Below are positions 37,194 to 47,532 of a stretch of 64,000 nt of DNA, in pieces. Numbering within the stretch: the stretch's first letter is position 1; every line of letters starts with the position of its first letter. A model generated the notes under the pieces. It saw only the letters and a program-made list of their open reading frames with translations. It was not told the origin of the DNA and made no database searches. Where the stretch lies: assembly GCA_903857255.1 (NCBI GenBank), contig CAIODY010000043.1, positions 18,334 through 82,333 on the forward strand. Direction: 5' to 3'. A program made the position numbers and the translations under genes. This DNA comes from an uncultured bacterium. GTDB taxonomy: Bacteria > Bacteroidota > Bacteroidia > Chitinophagales > CAIODY01.

Positions 37194-38210
37194 CTAATTT
37201 TTAGCAACTACAGCTAATTTTTCTTTTATTTTTCTTTCAATTTCAATTGCCATTTCTGGATTATCAATCAACAATTGTTTTACTGAATCTCTGCCCTGCC
37301 CTAATTTTGCGCCTTCGTAGCTAAACCAACTTCCGCTTTTTTGAACCACATTGGTTTCAACGCCCAAATCAACTAATTCGCCCACTTTGCTCACACCTTG
37401 ACCATACACAATATCAAATTCGCAAATGCGGAATGGCGGTGCAACTTTATTTTTCACCACTTTCACTTTGGCTCTGTTGCCCACTATTTCATCACCATCT
37501 TTTATTTGCCCGATGCGGCGAATATCTAATCGGATAGAAGCATAAAACTTCAAAGCGTTGCCACCAGTAGTAGTTTCGGGGCTGCCGAACATTACACCAA
37601 TTTTTTCACGAAGCTGATTAATGAAAATACAAGTGCAACCAGTTTTGCTGATTGTTGCAGTTAATTTTCGCATTGCTTGGCTCATCAATCGAGCCTGCAA
37701 ACCCATTTTGCTATCGCCCATTTCGCCTTCTAATTCTGCTTTTGGCACTAATGCCGCAACAGAATCAACCACCACAATATCAACAGCACCACTGCGAATC
37801 AAACTATCTGCAATTTCCAAAGCTTGTTCCCCATCATCTGGTTGGCTGATTAATAAATTATCTACATCACAACCTAAGCGTTGTGCATACGATTTATCAA
37901 ACGCATGTTCAGCATCAATGATAGCAGCAATGCCGCCTTGTTTCTGACATTCAGCAATAGCATGAATTGCCAAAGTAGTTTTACCACTACTTTCTGGTCC
38001 GTAAATTTCGATGATTCTGCCTTTCGGATAACCACCAACACCTAAAGCAATATCCAAACCCAATGAGCCTGACGGAATAATTTCCATCGCATCAATTTGC
38101 GTATCGCCCAATTTCATGATGGTGCCTTTTCCGTACTTTTTGTCCAACGTGTCAAGCGTTAATTTCAACGCTTTTAATTTTTCTGCATTTTCTGTTTTTT
38201 CTGAAGCCAT
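37194..38210 (-). CDS. recA: Recombinase RecA
   Basis: [11 protein letters not shown] (Walker A) and IIDAEHAFD... The 338-aa protein is full-length. Confidence 0.97.
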   Translation of the reverse strand: MASEKTENAEKLKALKLTLDTLDKKYGKGTIMKLGDTQIDAMEIIPSGSLGLDIALGVGGYPKGRIIEIYGPESSGKTTLAIHAIAECQKQGGIAAIIDAEHAFDKSYAQRLGCDVDNLLISQPDDGEQALEIADSLIRSGAVDIVVVDSVAALVPKAELEGEMGDSKMGLQARLMSQAMRKLTATISKTGCTCIFINQLREKIGVMFGSPETTTGGNALKFYASIRLDIRRIGQIKDGDEIVGNRAKVKVVKNKVAPPFRICEFDIVYGQGVSKVGELVDLGVETNVVQKSGSWFSYEGAKLGQGRDSVKQLLIDNPEMAIEIERKIKEKLAVVAKN

Positions 38211-38306
38211 GATTATATCTATTTTTAAATTATTTTTAGAAATGTGTTTTACAACGATTGCAAACGTAAAGCAAATTTAGTGGAATTTTTTTGAATTTTT
38301 TTTGGT

Positions 38307-39059
38307 TCAAAATGTAAATCCTGCTCTTGCATGGATAGTAGCTTTTGGGACTGTAGTTATTTCATAGTAACTTCTGGCTGGATAGATATTGCGATAATAG
38401 TCAGTTTCTTCTTGGGGCAATATCAAAATCCCAACGGTAAGATTGAATGAAGAAATAATGCCCGTGTTTTCAAATTTGATTCCAATAGATGGTTCAAATA
38501 TTGGTCCGCCTAAAGAAGCTTCGATACCTTTTTTATCAGGAATAATTAAACCACAATTAAGGCGAAAAAAAGGAGTTACTTTATCTTTTGCAAAACACGT
38601 TGCCCAATCTATAAAAACAGGATAACCTAAACCATCCCCATAATTAGAAACTCCAAAACCAATCCCAAGGCTGCTTCGCTGACTTAATTGAATTCCGCTG
38701 ATATTAGAAACACCAAAATAAGCTTGAACATTTCCTTCATCAATTGCTGCTATTCCAAATTCCGTGGTATTAAAATACTTTACTCTAAACGGTTTATTAT
38801 TTATAGATTTTATTTTTGCAATATAATCGGAATCTAAAGATTCTTCGCTACTTTTTACTTTTTCGATTTCATCCAAATTTATCAATACTATATTTTGCTC
38901 GGCAGTTTTTACTTTGATGAATTTACTGGGAACAAATTCTACAATTGTGCCTTTGATAATTTTTCCAATAATTAAATGCACCTCAACTTTTGCACTATCT
39001 AATTGCTGTGCTTGCGCATGCAATGCGAACAAAATAAAAAATGAAATGAAATATTTCAT
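38307..39059 (-). CDS. Hypothetical secreted or outer-membrane protein
   Basis: It has a signal peptide (MKYFISFFILFALHAQAQ). The C-terminal half is beta-strand-like and ends in ...RAGFTF. Confidence 0.55.
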   Translation of the reverse strand: MKYFISFFILFALHAQAQQLDSAKVEVHLIIGKIIKGTIVEFVPSKFIKVKTAEQNIVLINLDEIEKVKSSEESLDSDYIAKIKSINNKPFRVKYFNTTEFGIAAIDEGNVQAYFGVSNISGIQLSQRSSLGIGFGVSNYGDGLGYPVFIDWATCFAKDKVTPFFRLNCGLIIPDKKGIEASLGGPIFEPSIGIKFENTGIISSFNLTVGILILPQEETDYYRNIYPARSYYEITTVPKATIHARAGFTF

Positions 39060-39112
39060 AAGCACAATTTAAACTCAAACTTACAAAAAAATGAAATTGA
39101 TTTTATGAAAAT

Positions 39113-39149
39113 AAAAATCCCTTCAACAGACTGGCCATTGAAGGGATTT
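39113..39149 (-). terminator. Rho-independent terminator after rpsT
   Basis: A 12-bp perfect stem (aaatcccttcaa/ttgaagggattt) with an 11-nt loop. The minus strand continues with TTTTATTTT. Confidence 0.8.
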
Positions 39150-39171
39150 CATTCATATTAATTCAGCTAAA

Positions 39172-39501
39172 TTATTTCTTTTTTGCTGCTTTTTTCGGTG
39201 CTGCTTTTTTTGCCGCCTTTTTTGCTGGTTTAACAGCAGCCACGGCATTTTTCAAAGCATTTACTTTTTTAGTCAATTTCGATTTTAAATTAGCTGCTTT
39301 ATTTTTGTGAATAACATTGCTTTTTGCCAATTTATCAATCATAGCAATTGTTTTTGGTAAATTTTCTGAAGCCTCTTTAAAGTCAGCAGTAGCAGCCACT
39401 TTGCGGATGGCATTACGAGTGGTTTTACCTTTTAAACGATTTCTTTCTCTGCGAACTTTTACTTTTCTAACATCTTTTTCAGTTGCTTTATGATTAGCCA
39501 T
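39172..39501 (-). CDS. rpsT: 30S ribosomal protein S20 with an extended K/A-rich tail
   Basis: MANHKATEKDVRKVKVRRERN...AMIDKLAKSNVIHKNKAANLKSKL is typical S20. An extra C-terminal tail is KPAKKAAKKAAPKKAAKKK. Confidence 0.9.
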   Translation of the reverse strand: MANHKATEKDVRKVKVRRERNRLKGKTTRNAIRKVAATADFKEASENLPKTIAMIDKLAKSNVIHKNKAANLKSKLTKKVNALKNAVAAVKPAKKAAKKAAPKKAAKKK

Positions 39502-39596
39502 TTTGAATTGAAATTAATTAATTTTTTGTTGAAATTTGAAATGCGAAGGTAATAATTTTTTCCAATTCCATAGCTTCTTTTTATATTTTTAGCCCG

Positions 39597-40721
39597 ATGC
39601 AATTCAACGAAATAGTAGGTCAATATTCGCTTAAACAAAATTTTATCCAAAGCATTCGGCTTCAAAAAATGCCGCATGCCTTGCTGTTAGTAGGTTCGGA
39701 AGGTGTTGGCGCATTGCCCATCACTTTGGCAATCATTCAATATTTGTTGTGTGAAAATCGGTCGGAGTTTGATTCCTGTGGCATTTGTGGTCCATGTAAA
39801 AAAGTGAAAAAGCTTATTCATCCTGATATTCATTTTAGCAAACCTGTCATTAAACATCCTAAATTAACATACAAAGCTGGCGAAACTGCCATCAGCTTAG
39901 ATTGGATGAATGAATGGCGACAAGCTATTTTAGAAAATCCCTACTTAAATTATAATGATTGGATGCAAGTACAAGCTGGTGAAACCAATGCACAAGGCAA
40001 CATCACAGCTAAAGAATGCGGCGAAATATTAAAATTTTTATCGCTCAAAAGTTTTGAAAGCGGTTATAAATTTGTGATTATTTGGATGGCTGAATATTTA
40101 GGCAACGAAGGAAATCGGTTGCTAAAACAAATTGAAGAACCCGAAGACAACACTTTTTTCTTTTTGATTGCTGAAAATTATGAGCAAGTTTTAGGCACTA
40201 TTCAATCGCGTTCGCAATTGATAAAATTACCACCATTGAGCAATGAAGAAATCACTAACGCATTGGTTGAGCAAAAACAAACACTGCTCGAAACTGCACA
40301 ATCCATCAGCGTTTTGGCTGATGGGAATTTCAATTCAGCATTAAAATTATTGAAAGAAAAAGATGATTCGCTCGAAAAAACATTTTTAGATTGGATGCAA
40401 ATCATCATCAGGAAACAAAAAAAAGAATGGGTAACTTATGCTGACCAATTAGCAAAATTGGGCAGAGAGAATCAAAAGCAAATGATAAAATATGGTTTGA
40501 TTTTATTGCGCCAAGCCACGTTATTTCAAAACACCAATGACTTTGAAATTCATAACGAACGTGAAAAAGCTTATTGCAGCTATCTTTCACAAAAATTAAC
40601 AGTAGATAAATTGCAACAGTTTTCGCAATTGATGGACGAAATGTATTTTCAAGTTGAGCGAAATGCCAACCCAAAAATTTTGTTTTTGCACAACAGTTTT
40701 GAAATCGCCGAGTTGTTTTAA
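39597..40721 (+). CDS. holB: DNA polymerase III subunit delta prime
   Basis: HALLLVGSEGVGALP...CGICGPCKKV (zinc module) and SRSQ (sensor motif) place it in the clamp-loader AAA+ family. Confidence 0.8.
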   Translation: MQFNEIVGQYSLKQNFIQSIRLQKMPHALLLVGSEGVGALPITLAIIQYLLCENRSEFDSCGICGPCKKVKKLIHPDIHFSKPVIKHPKLTYKAGETAISLDWMNEWRQAILENPYLNYNDWMQVQAGETNAQGNITAKECGEILKFLSLKSFESGYKFVIIWMAEYLGNEGNRLLKQIEEPEDNTFFFLIAENYEQVLGTIQSRSQLIKLPPLSNEEITNALVEQKQTLLETAQSISVLADGNFNSALKLLKEKDDSLEKTFLDWMQIIIRKQKKEWVTYADQLAKLGRENQKQMIKYGLILLRQATLFQNTNDFEIHNEREKAYCSYLSQKLTVDKLQQFSQLMDEMYFQVERNANPKILFLHNSFEIAELF

Positions 40722-40726
40722 TCCGA

Positions 40727-42250
40727 ATGAAAAAAACATTATTTTCTTACTTTTTATCGAAGCAAAATGCAATCTTCATTTTTTGCTTTTTCATTCTTGT
40801 TCCAAAAAATAAAGCCGATGATTTGAAAATTGATTTTGATGAAAATTGTAAAAATGCTTACAATAAAATCATTGCTTTAGAATTAAAAAACGCTGCGACT
40901 TTTATCGCTTTAGAAAAAACAGAACACCCCAACAACCTTGCCACAGCCTATTTGGAATATGCAAGTGATTTCATGCTTTTTTTTGTAGAGGAAAAAAATG
41001 TCGATTTTAAATTACTCGACAAACAATTTGAAACACGATTAAAACAAATTGAAAAGGTGAACGACAATTCTCCGTACAAAAAATATTTGTTGGCACAAAT
41101 GAATTTAGAAATGTGCATTGCCAACGGAAAAATGGGTAATTATTTCACCGCATTTTTTGAGGTGCGAAGAGCCAACAATTTACTAAAAGAAAATCAAAAA
41201 AAATTTCCATCATTCATTCCAAACAAAAAAGGCTTAGGCTTGATTCATTGTTTGATTGGCACTATTCCAGATAATTATAAATGGGGCGCAAATTTGTTTG
41301 GCTTTGAAGGAAATTTGGAACAAGGCATGAATGAGCTTTGGGAAGTAAAAAACGCTACTGATAAAACTGATTTTTATTGCAAAGCTGAAATCAATTTCAT
41401 TTACGTATATGGCTTGCTATATATGCAAAATGACAAAAAAAATTCGTGGCTGATTGCAAAAAAATTGTGGGATGAAAACCCTGAAAATAAGCTCTATTGC
41501 TTCTTGGCAGCCAATGTTGCACAAAACACTGCAAAAAATGAAGAAGCCATTTCAATTTTAAATCAACAACCAAAGGATGAAGCACATTTGAATTTTGATT
41601 ACTTAAATTACATGATGGGTTTGGCAATGTTGCGGAAATTAGACCCATCAGCAACCACTTATTTTTTGAAATTTTTAAAAGCAAATGACCGCCGAAATTT
41701 TGTGAAAGATGGTTATCAAAAATTAGCTTGGAGTTATTTGCTAAACAATGATTTAACGAACTATACAATTGCTTTACAATGTTGTAAAACTATTGGTAAT
41801 ACTGTGGTTGACGCCGATAAGCAAGCATTAAGAGAAGTAAATAATAATGAGCAACCTGTTTTGCTTTTACTAAAAGCCCGATTACTTTGCGATGGTGGTT
41901 ATTACAAAGAAGCGATTGATTTATTAGCAGGTCATAAGATGGATGAATTTAAAAATAAAAAAGACCAAGTTGAATTTGTATATCGTGTTGGAAGAATTTA
42001 TCACGATTGGGGTTTTAACGAAAAAGCAATTCCTTATTATTTTACAGCTATTGAATATGGGAAAGATTTACCACAGCATTTTGCCTGCAATGCTGCATTG
42101 AACATGGGTTTGATTTATGAGCAAAAAGGTGATAAACCAAATGCAGAAAAATATTTCAAAATGTGTATTGCTTCCAAAAACACTGATTTCAAGCAAGGTT
42201 TGGAGCAAAAAGCAAAAACTGGATTGGAACGATTGAAGAAAATGAAATAA
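40727..42250 (+). CDS. TPR-like repeat protein, hypothetical
   Basis: A 507-aa protein with an N-terminal hydrophobic segment and helical repeat character (for example AIPYYFTAIEYGKD...AALNMGLIYEQKGDKPNAEKYFK). Confidence 0.6.
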   Translation: MKKTLFSYFLSKQNAIFIFCFFILVPKNKADDLKIDFDENCKNAYNKIIALELKNAATFIALEKTEHPNNLATAYLEYASDFMLFFVEEKNVDFKLLDKQFETRLKQIEKVNDNSPYKKYLLAQMNLEMCIANGKMGNYFTAFFEVRRANNLLKENQKKFPSFIPNKKGLGLIHCLIGTIPDNYKWGANLFGFEGNLEQGMNELWEVKNATDKTDFYCKAEINFIYVYGLLYMQNDKKNSWLIAKKLWDENPENKLYCFLAANVAQNTAKNEEAISILNQQPKDEAHLNFDYLNYMMGLAMLRKLDPSATTYFLKFLKANDRRNFVKDGYQKLAWSYLLNNDLTNYTIALQCCKTIGNTVVDADKQALREVNNNEQPVLLLLKARLLCDGGYYKEAIDLLAGHKMDEFKNKKDQVEFVYRVGRIYHDWGFNEKAIPYYFTAIEYGKDLPQHFACNAALNMGLIYEQKGDKPNAEKYFKMCIASKNTDFKQGLEQKAKTGLERLKKMK

Positions 42251-42256
42251 ATTTTT

Positions 42257-42700
42257 CTACAATTTTTTTTCAAACAAACAATAATCAGTTAGCTGAAATC
42301 CGCATCGCTCGTAGGTTTTGTGAGCATTTTCATTTTCTCTTTCCATATACAAGCGAATGCCTACAGCATTTTTTTCTTTGGCTTGTTGTTCTACAAATTG
42401 CAATAAGCTTTTAAAAACTCCCTGTTTTCTAAATTCTTTTTTCACAAAAACACTTTGTAACCACCACATAATTCCGTTGCGCCAATCGCTCCATTCATAA
42501 GTAATCATCAGGCTTCCAACAATTTCATTTTCAATTTCAGCCACCACATAAAAACCAAATTGTGACTGTGCCATCAAATTCTTTACACCATCTAAAATTA
42601 ATTTGTCGGGCAAAATTTTATTTTCAGTTTCTAAAGCCATTGCTTGATTGAAAACAGCAATGGTAGGCGCATCTGAAAGATTTGAAAAACGAATTGTCAT
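42257..42700 (-). CDS. GNAT family N-acetyltransferase
   Basis: The 147-aa protein has VFVKKEFRKQGVFKSLL (Q/RxxGxG/A-type acetyl-CoA motif) and a GNAT-like C-terminus. Confidence 0.8.
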   Translation of the reverse strand: MTIRFSNLSDAPTIAVFNQAMALETENKILPDKLILDGVKNLMAQSQFGFYVVAEIENEIVGSLMITYEWSDWRNGIMWWLQSVFVKKEFRKQGVFKSLLQFVEQQAKEKNAVGIRLYMERENENAHKTYERCGFQLTDYCLFEKKL

Positions 42701-42709
42701 GGTAAAAAT

Positions 42710-44077
42710 TTAAAACAACAACTGATAAACCTGTTCCAATTTTGAACAAGTAATCACTTCAATATTATATCTCGAAGTGTCTAATCCTTTTTTGTTGTAA
42801 GCCGAAATAATTATTTTTTCAAAGCCCAATTTATCAGCTTCGGCAATGCGTTGGTCAATTTTATTTACAGCTCGTATTTCGCCACTCAAGCCTACTTCGC
42901 CCACAAAGCAAATATTGGCAGCCAATGGTTTGTCTTCGTAGCTACTCAATAAGGCACTGCAAATTGCTAAGTCTAAAGCTGGGTCGTCAATTTTTAATCC
43001 GCCTGCCAAATTCACAAACACATCTTTGGTGCCGAATGTAAAACCACCGCGTTTTTCTAACACTGCCAATAGCATATTCAATCTGCGTAAATCAAAACCA
43101 GTTGCGGTGCGTTGTGGTGTGCTAAAATGTGTTTGTGTAACTAACGCTTGTGTTTCAATCAGCATCGGTCGCAAACCTTCCATGGTAGCGGCAATAGCGA
43201 TTCCGCTTAATTGTTCTTCTCGTTGTGTAATTAAAATTTCACTTGGATTACTGACTTGTCGCAAACCGTTGGGTTGCATTTCATAAATGCCCAATTCGCT
43301 GGTTGAACCAAAGCGATTTTTTAAAGTTCGTAAAATTCTGTACGTATAATGTTGGTCGCCTTCAAACTGCAAAACTGTATCTACCACGTGTTCCAGCACT
43401 TTTGGACCGGCAATGCTGCCATCTTTGGTGATGTGTCCAATCAAAAAAACTGGCACATTGGTTTCTTTGGCATAACGCTGCCATTCGCCTGTGCACTCCC
43501 GAATTTGTGAAACACTTCCAGGTGTTGATTCAATCAAATTGCTATGCAAAGTTTGGATAGAATCAATAATAATTACATCAGGCTGAATTTGTTCGAGTGC
43601 TTTAAATATATGCTGGGTGCAAGTTTCGGTGAGCAAATACATTTCTTGTTGCGATGAAATTCTATCAGCTCTCATTTTTATTTGCTGCTCACTTTCTTCA
43701 CCGCTGATGTACAAAACCTTCTTGGGATGCAGTTGCAGAGCCAATTGCAAAAACAAAGTTGATTTGCCAATGCCCGGTTCGCCAGCCACTAAAACCAATG
43801 AACCTGGCACAATTCCACCGCCCAACACTCTGTTTAATTCAGCGTCGGGCGTAATTAATTTGAATTCTAAACTCGGCATAATTTCATTCAAAGCCACAGG
43901 TTTGGCTATGGTGGCTGATTTCCGAACATCACTTTTCCATTCGTAAGGTTTTTGCTCTTTGCTGATTAATTCTTCTACAATTGTATTCCATTCGCCACAC
44001 GAAGTGCAACGCCCAACCCATTTGGAATAATTGGTGCCGCAACTTTGACAACTATAAACTGTTTTTGTTTTACTCAT
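42710..44077 (-). CDS. radA: DNA repair protein RadA/Sms
   Basis: It has the zinc ribbon CQSCGTNYSKWVGRCTSCGEWNT, Walker A GEPGIGKST, a KNRFG motif and a Lon-like C-terminus. Confidence 0.95.
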   Translation of the reverse strand: MSKTKTVYSCQSCGTNYSKWVGRCTSCGEWNTIVEELISKEQKPYEWKSDVRKSATIAKPVALNEIMPSLEFKLITPDAELNRVLGGGIVPGSLVLVAGEPGIGKSTLFLQLALQLHPKKVLYISGEESEQQIKMRADRISSQQEMYLLTETCTQHIFKALEQIQPDVIIIDSIQTLHSNLIESTPGSVSQIRECTGEWQRYAKETNVPVFLIGHITKDGSIAGPKVLEHVVDTVLQFEGDQHYTYRILRTLKNRFGSTSELGIYEMQPNGLRQVSNPSEILITQREEQLSGIAIAATMEGLRPMLIETQALVTQTHFSTPQRTATGFDLRRLNMLLAVLEKRGGFTFGTKDVFVNLAGGLKIDDPALDLAICSALLSSYEDKPLAANICFVGEVGLSGEIRAVNKIDQRIAEADKLGFEKIIISAYNKKGLDTSRYNIEVITCSKLEQVYQLLF

Positions 44078-44555
44078 TTTTCAATTTAGCATGTTCTTTA
44101 TATGACATCGTATAACCCAAATAAATTGCAAAGCCATACAACACAATACTTGACGGGCGAAGCCTATCCAGCATAGCTTCTGCAATAAAACCTATTTCAT
44201 CTTGTCGTGTATCGCCTGGAATTAATTCCTTTGCTTCGCTGTTGTAATTTGTAACTAACACGTACAAAAAATTAGCAAAAAAACAACCGAAAAAAGCAAA
44301 ACTTGCACCCATTGCACCAAACCTTAAACCGTGCCCATCACCTTTCAATTTATGAATTACTTTGCCTACTAAATAACCAATTCCTGGCAATAAATATCCA
44401 GCTCGGTAAGCCACCATTATCACTAACACTAGCCAAACACAAGCTCCGAAAACCGCTGCCATTGCACCTCCTATCATAGCTAATAGAAAATTTCCGCTAT
44501 CGCTTTCCTTTCTTTTCCTCTTTAAAACAGCATTTGACTTTTCTTGTGATGACAT
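44070..44555 (-). CDS. Hypothetical membrane protein
   Basis: The 161-aa protein has about four hydrophobic helices. Its stop overlaps the radA start by 8 nt. Confidence 0.6.
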   Translation of the reverse strand: MSSQEKSNAVLKRKRKESDSGNFLLAMIGGAMAAVFGACVWLVLVIMVAYRAGYLLPGIGYLVGKVIHKLKGDGHGLRFGAMGASFAFFGCFFANFLYVLVTNYNSEAKELIPGDTRQDEIGFIAEAMLDRLRPSSIVLYGFAIYLGYTMSYKEHAKLKNE

Positions 44556-44597
44556 AAAGCAGAATTAGGTTTTATCGAATGTAGAAAAGAAATGCAT

Positions 44598-45350
44598 CTA
44601 ATTTTCTTTTTGCAACTTAAATAATTTACCATACTTCATAAATGTAGCATGAGCACTTTTTTTTGCAATTACAAAACCAAAATAACCATCTAAAAATCCT
44701 AATTGAAGAAAGTACATTTTCAAAAATTTTATCGTTGGCGAAAAAATAATTTTAAAAACGGAACTTCGTTTTCCATTAGCAAAAGCCGCTTTGGAAGCGA
44801 TGTTGGTGAAATATTCAATTTGCTTATCGTGGTCAGCTAAAGTGTAATAGCTATAATGCAAAATATTTCCTTTCAATTTTTTAATAGCAGAATTTGGCTC
44901 TAAAAAAAATTCATCGTGTGGGTTTTCGCCGCCCCAGTTTCCTTTGTTTTTATTCCACAATCTTAATTTTGTATCAGGATACCAACCACTGTGATGAATC
45001 CATTTACCGCAATAATTGGTGAGCCGATTCATTTTATAACCGTCAGACGAGCCACTGGATTTGATTTCAAGAATTGATTTTTTCAAATTTTCATCCAATG
45101 CTTCATCGGCATCGAGCGATAAAACAAAATCGTTGGTGGCTAAATTTTTCGCAAAATTCTTTTGCTGAATGTGTCCTTCAAATTTGTTTTGAATAATTTT
45201 TGCGCCGTAAGATGCGGCAATAGTCAATGTTTCATCAGTTGAAAAACTATCTACCACAATAATTTCATCAGCGATATTTTTTACCGATTCTAAACATCGA
45301 GCAATGTTTTTTTCTTCATTAAACGTGATGACAACGACACTTAGTTTCAT
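44598..45350 (-). CDS. Family 2 glycosyltransferase (LPS-core type)
   Basis: KLSVVVITFNEEKNIARCLESV...IVVDSFSTDET...SLDADE are GT2 motifs. Confidence 0.85.
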   Translation of the reverse strand: MKLSVVVITFNEEKNIARCLESVKNIADEIIVVDSFSTDETLTIAASYGAKIIQNKFEGHIQQKNFAKNLATNDFVLSLDADEALDENLKKSILEIKSSGSSDGYKMNRLTNYCGKWIHHSGWYPDTKLRLWNKNKGNWGGENPHDEFFLEPNSAIKKLKGNILHYSYYTLADHDKQIEYFTNIASKAAFANGKRSSVFKIIFSPTIKFLKMYFLQLGFLDGYFGFVIAKKSAHATFMKYGKLFKLQKEN

Positions 45351-46585
45351 AATTCACTCAACGATTTGAATTGATAATGCAACAACAAAATAACGAACAA
45401 AAATAATGCTGTTCCGATTTGCATTTCTAAAGTTGCTTCGGTAAAAAACGAACTTAGCAAAATAATATAGATGCACGCCAACAACCATTTCCGATAATTA
45501 TTGCTCACAAAAAAGAAAGAAAAAATTGGTGTAAAAAACAAAATCAATCCAATAATCCCGATGCCAACAGCAATAAATAAAAATTCGTTGTGTGGCTCAA
45601 AGCGTTGATTATCGTCTATTTCAGGATGTTGAATAGCGTATTCTTGTTTCACTTCATCTTCTACATCGCCCATGCCCACGCCTACTAAAACATTTTTTTG
45701 TAGCACATCCCAGCTTATTTTTTGACTCATCAATCTACCAGCATCACTTCGTCCGCTAACATTTTTTCCAGTGAAATATTCATTCAAATCATAGCGCATA
45801 TAACCCAACTTCATTTGGATAGTAGGCGAAACAATAAATGCTAAAACACAAATTGAAATAGTGGCTAAAGCAGCTATCACAGCATGTTTCCATTGCTTTT
45901 TTATAACTGCGAAATAGAAAATAAAATAGGCTGCACTCAAATAAAAACCAACTAATCCGCTGCGTACACTTAAAATATGTAAGTAAAAAACGAGCAACAA
46001 ACTTCCAATGAACCAAATATATTTTTCTGATTTTCTGAAAATAAAAAATTCTTCACGATATAAGTAAACGCCAATCCAGATGCAGGTTGCAACGGCTAAG
46101 CTAAAACGAATATGGTCTTTGGGTGTCCAAATTACTTTTGCATAATTGTACGCATTCAATGATGCTTCATAATGCGTAAAAAAATGAAAAGTGGAATAAA
46201 TGCAGGTTGCAAAAATCGTGAGCCACAATGAAAATAAAATGTAGTGAAATAGTTTTTTCGGCAGCGGAAATAAATTGCAAAAAGCAAATGGTAAAATCAA
46301 AAAAGGTAATTTCACTCTTAGTCGTTCGCCCCAATAACCAATGTTAGTTGAGTTAAAATAACTTAATGCAATTAAAAAAAACAAAGCCGTGAAAGCCACA
46401 GCCAATCTATCTTTCTTGAATTTTTGCCAATACAATTTAAAGTTAGGATTTAAAACTGCATTAGCAATTAATGCAATCATCGCAATTGTGAGCAAAAATT
46501 TGCTAAACAATAAACTCAACATTGCCAACACACAACTCGAAGCGGTAATTTGATTTCTCAAATTTGAATTTGATTGCAATTTCAA
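45347..46585 (-). CDS. O-antigen ligase (Wzy_C) family membrane protein
   Basis: It has at least 10 hydrophobic helices. PHNEFLFIAVGIGIIG matches the HNxxL...GxxG ligase-loop motif. Its stop overlaps the GT2 start (ATGA). The start is uncertain: TTG at 46585 or ATG at 46522. Confidence 0.7.
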   Translation of the reverse strand: MKLQSNSNLRNQITASSCVLAMLSLLFSKFLLTIAMIALIANAVLNPNFKLYWQKFKKDRLAVAFTALFFLIALSYFNSTNIGYWGERLRVKLPFLILPFAFCNLFPLPKKLFHYILFSLWLTIFATCIYSTFHFFTHYEASLNAYNYAKVIWTPKDHIRFSLAVATCIWIGVYLYREEFFIFRKSEKYIWFIGSLLLVFYLHILSVRSGLVGFYLSAAYFIFYFAVIKKQWKHAVIAALATISICVLAFIVSPTIQMKLGYMRYDLNEYFTGKNVSGRSDAGRLMSQKISWDVLQKNVLVGVGMGDVEDEVKQEYAIQHPEIDDNQRFEPHNEFLFIAVGIGIIGLILFFTPIFSFFFVSNNYRKWLLACIYIILLSSFFTEATLEMQIGTALFLFVILLLHYQFKSLSEL

Positions 46586-46633
46586 AATTTTAATCTGCTA
46601 TTTTCGTAAAAATTATTTTTCGATTTCAAGATA

Positions 46634-47512
46634 GTGAACAATCTTTTTCAAACATACAAAACATTAGCTCGAAACATTTCAATTGTTGAAAATGAGTTGC
46701 CTAATTACGAAACATTGCTCGAGCATCTTTCACCTTCTAACACGCCTGTGGTGGGCATTACAGGCGCACCAGGTGCAGGCAAAAGTACCATTACCAACGC
46801 TTTGATTCGTTCGTATTTGCAAAACGGAAAACGCATAGGAATTATTGCGGTTGACCCTTCATCGCCTTTTAATTTTGGTTCATTGCTGGGCGATAGAGTA
46901 AGAATGAGTGAGCATTTTAATTCTCCCAATGTTTTTATCCGAAGCATTGCCAGTCGTGGTTCGTTGGGTGGTTTGAGTGAAAAAATTTTGGAAGTGTGTG
47001 ATGTGTTGAAGACTGGAAATTTTGATTTAATTATTATTGAAACAGTTGGTGTAGGGCAAAGTGAAGTAGAAATTGCAGGCTTGGCAGATATTACAATTGT
47101 AGCACTGACGCCATCTTCAGGCGATGAAGTGCAAAATATGAAAGCAGGCTTGATGGAAATTGCTGATATTTTTGTGGTGAATAAAAGTGATTTGCCGAAT
47201 GCCGAAGGGTTTATAACAAACTTAGAAAGGCTGATTCATGAACGCTTTCAACGCCATTGGCAAATACCTGTGGTGAAAACAATTGCCACCGAAAATGTAG
47301 GTATGGATGAATTGAAAAACCAAATCGAAAAATATTTTTCAGAAAATCACAGCACCGAAAAAAAACTACAACTATTAACTGATAAGGCTTGGCGATTGAT
47401 TCAGCAAAGAAGAATGAAAAATTTAGACAGAGTTGATTTGAAAAATAAAATTGCCAAAGCTACTACCGATAGTCATTTCAACTTGTATCAACTGATTAAG
47501 GAGTTTGCTTAA
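46634..47512 (+). CDS. meaB: Methylmalonyl-CoA mutase-associated GTPase MeaB (ArgK-type)
   Basis: Motifs are GITGAPGAGKST (P-loop), IIETVGVGQSE and VVNKSD. The start is GTG at 46634. Confidence 0.85.
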   Translation: MNNLFQTYKTLARNISIVENELPNYETLLEHLSPSNTPVVGITGAPGAGKSTITNALIRSYLQNGKRIGIIAVDPSSPFNFGSLLGDRVRMSEHFNSPNVFIRSIASRGSLGGLSEKILEVCDVLKTGNFDLIIIETVGVGQSEVEIAGLADITIVALTPSSGDEVQNMKAGLMEIADIFVVNKSDLPNAEGFITNLERLIHERFQRHWQIPVVKTIATENVGMDELKNQIEKYFSENHSTEKKLQLLTDKAWRLIQQRRMKNLDRVDLKNKIAKATTDSHFNLYQLIKEFA

Positions 47513-47532
47513 AGCAAAATTCATCGCAATTT

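Noticed and set aside
37621-37947. Antisense ORFs within recA, with similar cases in radA (43026.., 43617..), tyrS (29291..), the kinase gene (26629.., 26908..) and the methylase and HNH genes (23095.., 23666..)
   Set aside because: They lie opposite well-supported conserved genes. No motifs were found, and they are typical chance ORFs in AT-rich DNA.
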